Shown here in pieces: positions 12,421-23,500 of a stretch of 31,368 nt of DNA. Position 1 is the stretch's first letter. Each line of letters opens with the position of its first letter. Origin of the DNA: Catajapyx aquilonaris (lineage: Eukaryota); assembly GCA_000934665.2 (NCBI GenBank), contig JYFJ02000011.1:186001-217368 (forward strand), given 5' to 3'. Both the position numbers and the translations under genes were made by a program. The notes below the pieces were generated by a model. The model was not told the DNA's origin. It was given only the letters and a program-made list of their open reading frames with translations, and ran no database searches.

Positions 12421-12643
12421 TCATGTACATGAGTGTGGGTGGCGATACAAATAAATCCGTCTTCTGAAAGAAGTGGCCCCACTGAATGACTGAAAGTACT
12501 GCCCAATAATACCTATTGCAGAATTTGGTTATTACTTCCCCTATACTTATGTAAATGCTATCTTACAACGAAACGATCCGTTACTATACACATACAAAAG
12601 ACGTATGCTGTCCAATCTGGAATAAATAAGCAAATGCGAATAG

Positions 12644-12649
12644 TTTATT
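12644..12649 (-). terminator. Probable polyadenylation signal of copy B
   Basis: First AATAAA on the minus strand, ~305 nt after the stop codon, followed by a U-rich stretch. Confidence 0.45.
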
Positions 12650-12953
12650 GACCATTACTGTACGTCACAATGAGATTGAAAATGCAGTTACACCAGCATA
12701 TAGAGAATTTTAACAGTAGTAATATTATAATATAAATATGCGAATCTCATATAATTATATTGGTTAGTTACGCTAATAGCTACATTATTCTGTACTTATG
12801 TGTGGGTGGGAGAGTAGAAGTTGCATTATTATACATACTATAGAGCAAAAAAGTGAATTCTCTAGAGAAAATAATATCTGGAATGTGCATTAGCATGAGA
12901 GGCTAACATTTCAAAAATGCATGTACATCTACTGCTACAAAAGTTTCATTGTT

Positions 12954-15900
12954 TTAGTTGGTTTTCTCCTGCATTCTGCAGAGCTTGTAGTAAAGACCAC
13001 CCTGGGAAAGAAGTTCCGTGTGGTTTCCAACCTCCACCACCTGTCCATGGTCAATGACTACAATCAGGTCAGCATTGCGGATGGTTGATAAACGATGAGC
13101 AATTACGATACATGTCCTGCCCACTTGCGCCTTGTCCAAAGCTTCTTGAACCACCTGTAGGAACAGAAACATTTGGCTTTACATACAACCACATATGTTG
13201 AATGACAGGAATATCACCTTTTCACTCTCGGTGTCCAAAGCTGATGTTGCTTCATCAAGCAGGAGAACCTTTGGATTTCGAACCAAAGCTCTGGCTATGG
13301 CCACCCTCTGCTTTTGACCTCCAGACAACTGAGTCCCTCTGGAGCCTACCCTGGTCTCATACCCCTGTTGTTTGGAAGACGACAGAGTATCAATAGCAAA
13401 TCTGATTGGCAAAGTGAATCGCATTTTACCTGTGGAAGACCGACGATAAAATTGTGAATATTCGCCTGCCTTGCTGCCTCCATGATTTCATCAATTTCGA
13501 CCTCCCTGGTGTTGTCTCCATACGCAATGTTATCCGCAATGGTGCGATCAAACAGAACTGGTTCTTGAGATACCAAACCCAGCTGGCATCGAAGTCTTTT
13601 CACATTCAGCGACAGCGTGTCATGGTTGTCAACTAGCTGTTGACACAAAGCAAATTAGTACACACGACAAGTATTATGTCCCCGTGTGAACCATACTATA
13701 TACGCACCACTTTCCCAGTTATTGGATCGTAGAACCTGAGGAGCAGCTGGAGGCACGTTGACTTTCCACATCCACTGGGCCCCACCAGAGCCACGGTGTA
13801 CCCTTGAGGAACATCCAAGTTGATGCTTTTGAGGATGTGGGCCTGGGTACGAGTCGGGTAGTGGAAGTCCACGTCCTGGAGCTTGATCTGACCTCGCCTG
13901 ATTTGAAGTTTGGTTCCAACTTGATCCGAGTCGTCAATCAGAGGCTTTCTGGCTATCATCTGGAATATCCTGGCGGCTGACAATCGGCCTTTGTTGTAGT
14001 TTGGAGCAAATGCACAAGCCTGGCCCACAATCCAGGAGCCTCCTACTAGAGCTTCGCCCACTCTGGAAATTACAAAAGGGTGAGCACGATAATTTGTCAC
14101 CAAATATTTCAGCGCGCAGGAATATAGAAAGTGTCGTACTGAAAGACGCGCTTGAACTCTATGCCGTCGTCCACCACCAGATGAGCGCCGAAGATGATGA
14201 CCACTGAATAAGCGAAAGAAACCGAAGATTTGGACAAACCGTACACGAATCCTCTCAGATGTCCGTTTCTGATTGCGCGGATGTGCGGACTAATGAGCTT
14301 GGCATGATAACGCTCTCTGAAAGTGTCTTCAATGCACAAGCTAGCCACGGTCCTTATGTTGGTGATGGCTTCCAGAGCCACTTTGGAGGCTTCCTCGAGA
14401 GCCTTCTTCTCAGCCAGACCCTGACCCATCATCATCTTGGCCTCAAAGGCTGTCCCTGCCACCACCCAAGGCACGAAAGCCAGAATAGTCAGTCCAAGCT
14501 TCCATTGCAGGTAAAGAGCCAAGATAAGGGACAGAAGTAGTGCGAAGACAGCTTGCACCAAGGTACCCAAACGACTTCCAGTTGCCTGAAAATGATCAAA
14601 CACTGGTATATTTCATGACTAAGGGATGATCTTATGAAATATTAATTTGAGAATGAAAACTTACGCCTTGAACGCTGGACGCGTCTGCAGACAATCGAGT
14701 GCAGAGGGATCCGGTGCTGTTCACAGAATTATCGAACCATCCCATCTCCTGACTTAGCATGTTCGTAAATAAGTTAATCCTCAGACGCGTAGTTAGTCTG
14801 TCTCCTGACACGCTAAACATGACTCCCTGCAAATACATCAGCATGGTGATGACTGTACGACGAAATAAATAGAAAACGAGACAGACCTGAAGGAAAACGG
14901 CCACTCCAGCCACACATCCTAAGATGAGAAATCCAACCGCAAGCATGTTACCGAGATGCTGGGCATCCTCAGGATCCACTACAGCCAGCGACTGAAACAA
15001 TCACTTTGTTTATGTGGCATAAGTTGGCTTACAATGCAGTACTTACCCCCATGATTTCGCCAAACAGGACGGCATACACAGGCATGGAAGCCCCTTGAAT
15101 TCCGGCACATATGCACCCAGTCACAATGTATGGCCACTCGGGAGCGTTGGCTTTTAATATTTTTAGCATAGAAAGATCAGGCAACTCCTCTTTCTAGTAA
15201 AGAAATGTTAAAAACGTTGGTCAGTATCCTGTGCCAGTAAATTCATTGCTCCAAATTACATGCCTCTTTGACTTGTGAAATGACATCGTCAATGTCATCC
15301 ACTTCGCTTGGTATGGTCGAGGCAGTGCTGAGGTAGCTTTGCAGGCGTTCCAACCGAGGCTTTCCTTCTTCATCCACATCATCGGTACCCAAAGCTTCTT
15401 CCTCGAATCCAGTTGGAATCTGGGCTGTAACCAACTGGTAGTAAAGACCCTTCTGTTCCATCAGCGCTTCATGGGTGCCCTTCTCTTGGACTTGCCCTTT
15501 GGACAGAACCACGATGCGATCAGCCGACTGGATAGTGGACAGTCTGTGAGCAACTACAAAGGTGGTCCTTCCTTCTTTTGCAGCATCCAGGGCCTTCTGG
15601 ACCACAGCTTCACTTCGGACGTCCAATGCCGAAGTTGCCTCATCCAGAAGAAGAATCCTCGGGTCTCGAATCAAAGCCCTTGCAATAGCCACTCGCTGCT
15701 TCTGGCCTCCAGACAACTGCGCTCCTCTTTCTCCAACCATCGTGTCGTATTGCTGATAATACATCAATTGATAATAATCGTCGTTTTAAAATCTGGACGA
15801 CAAATAGTTTTATCGACGTTTTACCCCCAAATTACCTGTGGTAGCTTTGTGATGAAGTCGTGGGCGTTTGCTTGTCTAGCTGCTTGTTCCATCTCCCGTC

Positions 15901-18283
15901 GAGTGATTACAGATTTACCGATGCAGATGTTGTCGCGAATGGTGGTTGCGAATAGGACTGGCTCCTGCCCTACCAATCCCAGGTGGGAACGAAGCCATTG
16001 CAAATTAAGCTTTTTAATGTCCACTCCGTCCACTTTTATCTGCAGAAAAAATAGACAAATTATCGAAACCGCCATACGTGACCGTACGTTACTAACCGTT
16101 CCTTGCAATGGGTCGTAAAACCGTTGGAGCAATTGAAGTATGGTAGATTTACCACAACCAGAGCTTCCTACTAATGCAACAGTTTCGCCAGGATTCACAG
16201 TTAAGCTAAAGCCTTCTAATATCTGAAAAAAAATACAAATGGAAACCAAATGTATGGGAAGAAACAGTTATGGGTTACCTTGACATCTGGCCTGGACGGA
16301 TAGTTAAAATGCACGTCGCAAAACTCAATAACTCCTTTGAAGGTTGCCGGACGCAGACCTTCAGAAGACTGATTGTCAATTGAAGGAACCCGCTCCAATA
16401 TTTCATACACAGTAGCAGCGGCTCCTCGAGCTGACGCAAATGCTTCAAAGTGAGAAGAAGTCATTCCCATTGACATGGAGCCAATCATCAAGCAGAAGAA
16501 TATCTGCAACAATGCGAGCGTTATATACTGCCGGTCTTGTATGAGAAAATCGGTATTGAAACTAACAATGGTCAAATTGGCCGAAGTGTACTCTGGATCA
16601 TCTTCTTCTCGTCCTTCCAGGATCAGTTTGATCCCGTACCAGAAAGCCAGAGAGTAAGATCCGTAGATCATGAACCAAGTGAGGCCGTTGCCTAAACCTG
16701 AGGCTATACCTTTGCTCATCACCGCCTTTTGAGCAGGAATCAAACTCTCGGAGTATCTGAAATGAAGGTTACATCACTATATGAGCTGCCATTATATTGG
16801 CTCGGTTATATACCTGGACACTTCCTTTTTTTGTCCTCCGAATGCAGCCACGGTCCTGACCGAGCTGAGAACTTCTTCGGCGACTCCACCAGCTTTAGCA
16901 TAAGACTTGAGCTCCTTCTCGGTGAATGTGGACTGGACTTTAGCAACCAAGGCGCTGGCTATTCCCATCAGGGGCATCACGCTTAGGATGACCAGGGTCA
17001 GCTTCCAGCCATAGTAAAATGCCACACCCACGCACACTATGAAAGTGGCCAAAGACATGATGCAGATGGGAACTTTGTCTCCGATTCCTTCCTGAAGTTT
17101 GTTCAAGTCTCTGAAACCGAATGTGAGCATTCAATGACGTGCTTGCGACTGACCAAATGCATGTGACGTACTCTCCTATTCTGGAGCAAAAATCGTTGGT
17201 AGCATGTGTGTCGTACCATCCAACCTCCTGTCTCAGCATCGCCTTCAGGAAAGTATTTCTAATGCGAAACACCTGGAGCAACATCAGTTACGTTATAGAT
17301 ACATGAGTGACATGCTTGAGTAACATACATACAAACAATCCGCGTTTATCATGTTAATTATTATGTCCCTTAATGGGTGCATGAACATATCAGCAAGTGT
17401 GGGTGTCCGTATAGAGTGCTTAACCTCGAAGCAATGGGCACTCAGGGTCAGACAATGTTGTCCCATCGTAGGACAAGAAATTATGGACACGTCCGCACGT
17501 TGCAAACGGAAATAGTTATGGAAAATTCACCTGTTTCTCTGCAGTGTAGGTGAAAGTTGAGACCATGACGTAATCGAAGATAACTTGAATGCAGGAAACG
17601 ACCGTTGCTCCTATGGCAAATTCTTCAGCTCCGCGGATGAAGTAATCATTTATCTCCTCGCTAGTTCCGTTGGACATACTGAAATGGTGCAAGTATAATT
17701 AAGGCAATATATCATTAAAAGTATATTCCGATGGCCAAAGCATTTATTTGGCCTAGGAGTGTTTTTAAAATTTTGCTGGATGACTGGATGTCCATAAGTT
17801 TCAGGAGGCAGATTTAGGAAGAAAGGGATACGTTTCATAGCCTTTACCTGACGTTCATCGAATAGGTCACAAAGACGTGAGTGACATCTCCAAAGAGTAC
17901 CATGATAGCTGGAAAAACAAATCCCATGGCAATGGCTGAGAGTGCTCCCAGCACTAGGAGGAATTTTTCACATGCTGTGGAGTATCGGAACTGCGAACAA
18001 AGAAAAGGAAACAAATAGATGTACGTAATATGCAGTATTGATGGTGCAGACTATGTACTGCATGTGCCAGTAACTATAAAATGTCAAATATACGCCAAAT
18101 ATTCGCTGGTTTAATAAAAAATCTCGTTGTCCTTACCAGCTGCAAAAATGAGATTGGGGGTGGCCCTTCCTGCTTTTTGGCATCCTTCTCTTCCTTGTCT
18201 TTATCCGCGTCCTTTTTGTCTTTCTCTCCTGCAACCCATTTTGGGGACAGTTGATCTTCTTTCCCTTCCTGTACAACTCCCAT
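12954..18283 (-). CDS. ABCB1: ABCB1/P-glycoprotein-like full ABC transporter, tandem copy B (18 coding exons, ~1279 aa)
   Basis: Same motifs ([23 protein letters not shown] twice, DEATSALD twice). Exons: 18283-18137, 17990-17848, 17678-17531, 17272-17172, 17110-16814, 16756-16567, 16503-16279, 16222-16097, 16039-15836, 15752-15264 (GC donor follows), 15193-15047, 14991-14887, 14826-14665, 14585-14140, 14062-13708, 13636-13430, 13364-13218, 13154-12954 (3840 nt). Intron positions and phases are identical to copy A. Confidence 0.96.
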
Positions 18284-18670
18284 GATGCGAACGTAATCTG
18301 AAAATAACATGCATATAGGGAAGTACACAGCAGTTAATATTGCAAAATTGTGTACTGATCAGCAAAGACCTGCCCTTAAATTGTAATTAGCTAATCAACA
18401 ATACCAGTTGCACTCTATACAATGTGTTACATTATGATGGGCATTTCTAGAAAAACTGGCCGTATCTAGAGGTCAAACATTAATTTTGTGTTGAGAAGAT
18501 TGCGTTGAATCCATTAATTTGAAATCATGGCAATTTGTAAACAAAAAAATACAAGCCGGCCATGAAAACAACTGCTGCTTTCTCTAATATAATAGAGTCA
18601 ATGAGAAAATCAGCAGCTGCATTTCCCAGATGTGTTAATTAATTTTTGAGAAATCGATTAGCCACAGTAC

Positions 18671-18802
18671 CTGACCGGTGGTATTCACGGAGAAGAAATT
18701 CCGATCGGATTAGGACACCATCCTGGCAAACTCTGATCCGGAAAGCTCGACTCCCCAACTCACTTATCGGCCTTGTTTTGACCAATACGCCCTTGACGTC
18801 AC
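18671..18802 (-). promoter_or_regulatory. Putative non-coding first exon and promoter of copy B with CRE
   Basis: Acceptor ttattttcag| at 18297 precedes the ATG. Donor CAG|GTACTG at 18671. Palindromic TGACGTCA at 18794-18801 and CCAAT at 18782-18786. Confidence 0.45.
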
Positions 18803-20557
18803 CATATGCACCACATAGAGAATCCTACAAGCAGTTTCTATTGACCCCTGAATATGTCCAATTGATCCTATTTCAGTTAGTACATCTTAGTAATGCATTA
18901 CTTGTATAGTCTTCCTGGCGTTGTTGCACTCGGATGACTATTACCATTCGTACACTTGAATGGTATTCACCCTGTCGCCCTTGTCATTATGTCTAACGAT
19001 ATGTCAATAATATTACAGAAATTGACAAATCATGCTGCTCAGTTTCTATGAATATATTTTGTTGTCATATTTCGCTTCTTACGAACGTGTGAAAATTGTC
19101 AAATAAGTTACACATCAGTGCAGAAAATTGATTCGAAATTGATTGGTGTTTAAATCACCAATTGTGACTGTCTTTTATTGGAATAAATGGGTTAAAATTT
19201 TAACTAATAGAATACATACCGAAAGTAGCTTTAGGTGCAACTCATTATAATATTTATAATTAATTATCAGGAATGCAAGCCCTGAATTCAGCTAAAACCA
19301 GCTGTCCGTAGAATTTTGAAGATGTTGCATTCGCACTGGATTTTTCTACTTAATAATTTCTTAAATATTCGTGCAGACCTAATATTTTGAAATGCCTCTG
19401 CCTTAAAATTAATGTCAGGAAGACATCTTCATAACTTATGATTAATTTTTTTCAGGGACCCTGAATATGAATGGTGCAACCATGATCGTTGGCCCCGTCT
19501 TTCGAAGTAATTCTGGCAATGAGCTGCCACGAGCCGATTGTACACAATGAGCTGTCAGCGAACGACATAAGAATATTAATAAGATTACACAAGGCGGCGG
19601 CAGTGGCGGCGCCCAGAAGCCCTAATGAGAGGCAAGTGTGAAATACCACAGCCAATGACGTCGTTTCACTTACATTGAATCGCTGACTCCGCTTGGCTTT
19701 TGCATTGAGATGCATAATGTCTCTTCGACAAAATTATAGATGAAGTGGTCCAAAATTAAGGTATATTACACAGTATTATGACAACAGTTGTGCAAGATGT
19801 ATTACAGTTTTCCAGATAGACATTACATATTCAGGCGAAGAAAGAATTGTCTGCAATCAAAAGTTGCCTTGCCTGAATTGACATCGAGATGATCGAAATA
19901 TTTATTAAGATACTGTCCTCCATCAGTGACATAAAGAGAATACTGTTGTAATAACCGGAATTAACTTCATACCACAGCATGTTTCTCGTGGTACTGGCAT
20001 TCCTTCTGATCATGTGGATAGGTCAATTTATGACCCGCTTTAGAGAATTTGACTATTGTGTCAGGAATGAGTCACAGCTTGTGCCTTCAACAGCACAACA
20101 AAAACTGTGAAATGAATCGGGCTATTGACAAGGTCTGGCTCGGGGGACAGCTGCTTGTCTTCGGGTGTCCTCATTTATCTTCTCTGATGTAGAGGACAAG
20201 GTCAAAGGAGCCCCGGAAACAGGGTCCAGCCAAAAATATGTAGCATCATCTGCCTTTTCGGCCTCTTGTTTATCGCCTAGATCGTCATGCAACGCAGAAC
20301 ATTGCTAACGTAATTATCTAAAATCCAAAATATACGGATATACGGATTGCATAGGTGAAAAAGTCAGGCTTTAAAATGCTCACATTATTGTACAGTACAC
20401 ACGTATATTTTACAATGCCGGTGTAACATTTTTGTACGTACACAAGTAGACCTACCGATAAATTATTATAACATTAACAGACACTGTCTGCAAATGATGT
20501 GCGACATATTCACTGAGACAATATCATGTAAAAGTGGTGGTGACAGCAAGGATCACA

Positions 20558-23500
20558 TCAATGCAGTGTTTCTTGCATTCTGCATAACTTGTAGTAGAGG
20601 CCACCTTTAGATAGCAGTTCAGAGTGTGTCCCAACTTCCACAACCTGTCCGTGATCTATTACCACAATCAGGTCAGCATTTCTTATGGTTGATAAACGAT
20701 GAGCTATTACAATGCACGTCCTGCCCACTTGCGCCTTGTCCAAAGCTTCTTGAACCACCTGTAGGAACAGAAACAATTGGCTTTACATGCAAACACATAT
20801 GTTGAATGACAGGAATATCACCTTTTCACTCTCGGTGTCCAAAGCTGATGTTGCTTCATCAAGCAGGAGAACCTTTGGATTTCGAACCAAAGCTCTGGCT
20901 ATGGCCACCCTCTGCTTTTGACCTCCAGACAACTGAGTCCCTCTGGAGCCTACCCTAGTCTCATACCCCTGTTGCTCAGAAAGTTTGAAGGTATATTAGA
21001 CACAAGCCATGAGTTCATAATTGTTTAAAAAAGCATGATGACCGTTAAGTCTGAAACCAATATTTGATTTGCAATATCGAAATTGCCACTGGTAAGACAT
21101 TATGGACACTCTGAAAATGGTATAAAAAGCATACCTGCGGAAGTGAAGCGATGAAATTGTGAATATTGGCTTGTCTGGAAGCCTCCATAACTTCCTGGAT
21201 AGTCACGTTTCTGGTGTTATCTCCATATGCAATATTATCAGAAATGGTGCGGTCAAAAAGCACTGGCTCCTGCGACACTAATCCCAATTGTGACCGAAGG
21301 CCCTTCACATTCAGTGTCACCGTGTCGTTTTCGTCCACCATCTTTCAATGAAACTCATGCATTGAAATGCACCACAGACCCAAGTGCATCCAATACTCAC
21401 CACTTTTCCAGTTATTGGATCGTAGAACCTGAGGAGCAGCTGGAGACACGTTGACTTTCCACATCCACTGGGTCCCACCAGAGCCACTGTGTACCCTTGA
21501 GGAACGTCCAGGTTGATGCTTTTGAGGATGTGGGCCTGGGTTCGAGTCGGGTAGTGGAAATCCACATCCTGAAGCTTGATCCGACCCTTTTGTATCACCA
21601 GTTGATTGCCGACATCGTCCGAGTCGTCGATCTTCGGCTTTCTTTCCAGCATCTGGAATATCCTGGCAGCTGACAGCCGGCCTTTGTTGTAATTCGGAGC
21701 AAAAGCAAACGCCTGTCCAACAACCCACGATCCTCCCACCAACGCTTCGCCAATCCTTTAATGAAATATGTGACATAGTGAATCTGCCATCAGGACAACG
21801 ACTGGAATACGTACTGAAATACACGTCTGAAATCCAAGCCTTCGTCAACTACAATGTGTGCACCGTACAGCATGACCGCAGCGTATGCAAAATTCGACGA
21901 AGATTTGGATAGCCCGTACACGACACCTCGAATATGTCCGTTCCTGATGGCCTTAACATGAGGTCCAATCAGCTCGGCAACGTACAGCTCCTGGAAAGTG
22001 TCTTCCAGGCAAAGGCTGGCCACAGTCCGGATGTTGGTGATGGCCTCCAGCGCTATTTTGGATGCCTCTTCAAGCGCCTTCTTCTCACTCATTCCTTGGC
22101 CCATCATCATCTTGCTCTCGAAGCCGGTTCCTCCTACGACCCATGGCACAAAAGCCAAAACTGTCAACCCCAGCTTCCATTCCATGTAAAGAGCCATGCT
22201 GACAGCTAATACCAGTGCGAAGAAAGCTTGAACCAGAGTTCCCAATCGGCTTCCAGTGGCCTGGATGGAAGTCATTTTTGGTTGTTGGATTGTATCCAGT
22301 GTGACTATTGGCACAAGTAATACTAACCCCTTGCACACTGGATGCGTCTGATGATAACCTGGAACATAAGGCTCCAGTGCTGTTGGTAGACTCGTCGAAC
22401 CATCCCATCTCTTGCTTCAACATGTTGGAGAAAAGTTGAACCCTCAATCTGGATGTCAGCTTGTCACCCGAGATTGAAAACATGTACCCCTGCAGCATAA
22501 GAAACACTGATTTGAAACTGCAACATAATGAAAATTCGCATGGCAATAATGGAAAGAGTCTACTGACCTGGAGAAAAACTGCGAATCCAGCCACAACACC
22601 AAGGACGAGGAAAGCAATGGAATACATATCACGCTGTTTTTTGGTTTCTTCCTCCGAGACAGCAGCCAGCGACTGATGTGATGCAACATCAATTATTATT
22701 AAATCACTTCGACACTTCATTACGAAAAGCACAGTCGAGTTCAAAACGTACCCCAATAATTTCGCCAAATAGGACAGCATACACTGGCATGGATGCACCT
22801 TGTATTCCTGCACTGATGCATCCGACCAAAACGTAAGGCCATTCTGGAAGGTTTGCTTTCAGGATTCTGAGCAGTGAGAGTGGAGGCATTTCTTCTTTCT
22901 GTAAAGTCAACGAATCAGACTCTTCCTTAGGTCACAGAGCATATAGGTTCAGACCTCTTTCCCAGACGCGACAATAACTGCAGCTTCGTCGTCAGGTTCG
23001 ATAGTCGAGGTCGTACTCAGGTGACTCATGAGGCGTTCTAGACGAGGTTTGTCCTGTCCTTCTTCCTCCAGCATTTCATCTTCCAGTCCTGATGGTATTT
23101 GCGCAGTCACCAGTAGGTAGTACAGTCCCTTCAGTCTCATCAGTTCTCTATGGCTGCCTTCTTCATGTGCCCTTCCATTGGACAGAACCACGATCCGATC
23201 AGCAGTTTGGATAGTGGACAGCCTGTGAGCGACTACAAACGTGGTCCTTCCTTCTTTTGCAGCATCCAGCGCCTTCTGGACCACCGATTCACTTCGGACG
23301 TCCAATGCCGAAGTGGCTTCGTCCAGAAGAAGCACCTTCGGGTCTCGAACCAAGGACCTTGCAATAGCAACTCGCTGCTTCTGACCTCCGGACAACTGCG
23401 CTCCTCTTTCTCCAACCATAGTGTCGTATTGCTGAAATAATATGACAGTGTTGAAATTATACTGCAAAGGTACTCATAGCCTACTTACTAGTGGCAGTTT

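Noticed and set aside
15339..16118. 259-aa plus-strand ORF, the longest in the track, and other plus-strand ORFs over the ABCB exons
   Set aside because: Antisense shadows of NBD/TMD exons with no recognisable domain. The equivalent regions in the other copies are interrupted by stops.
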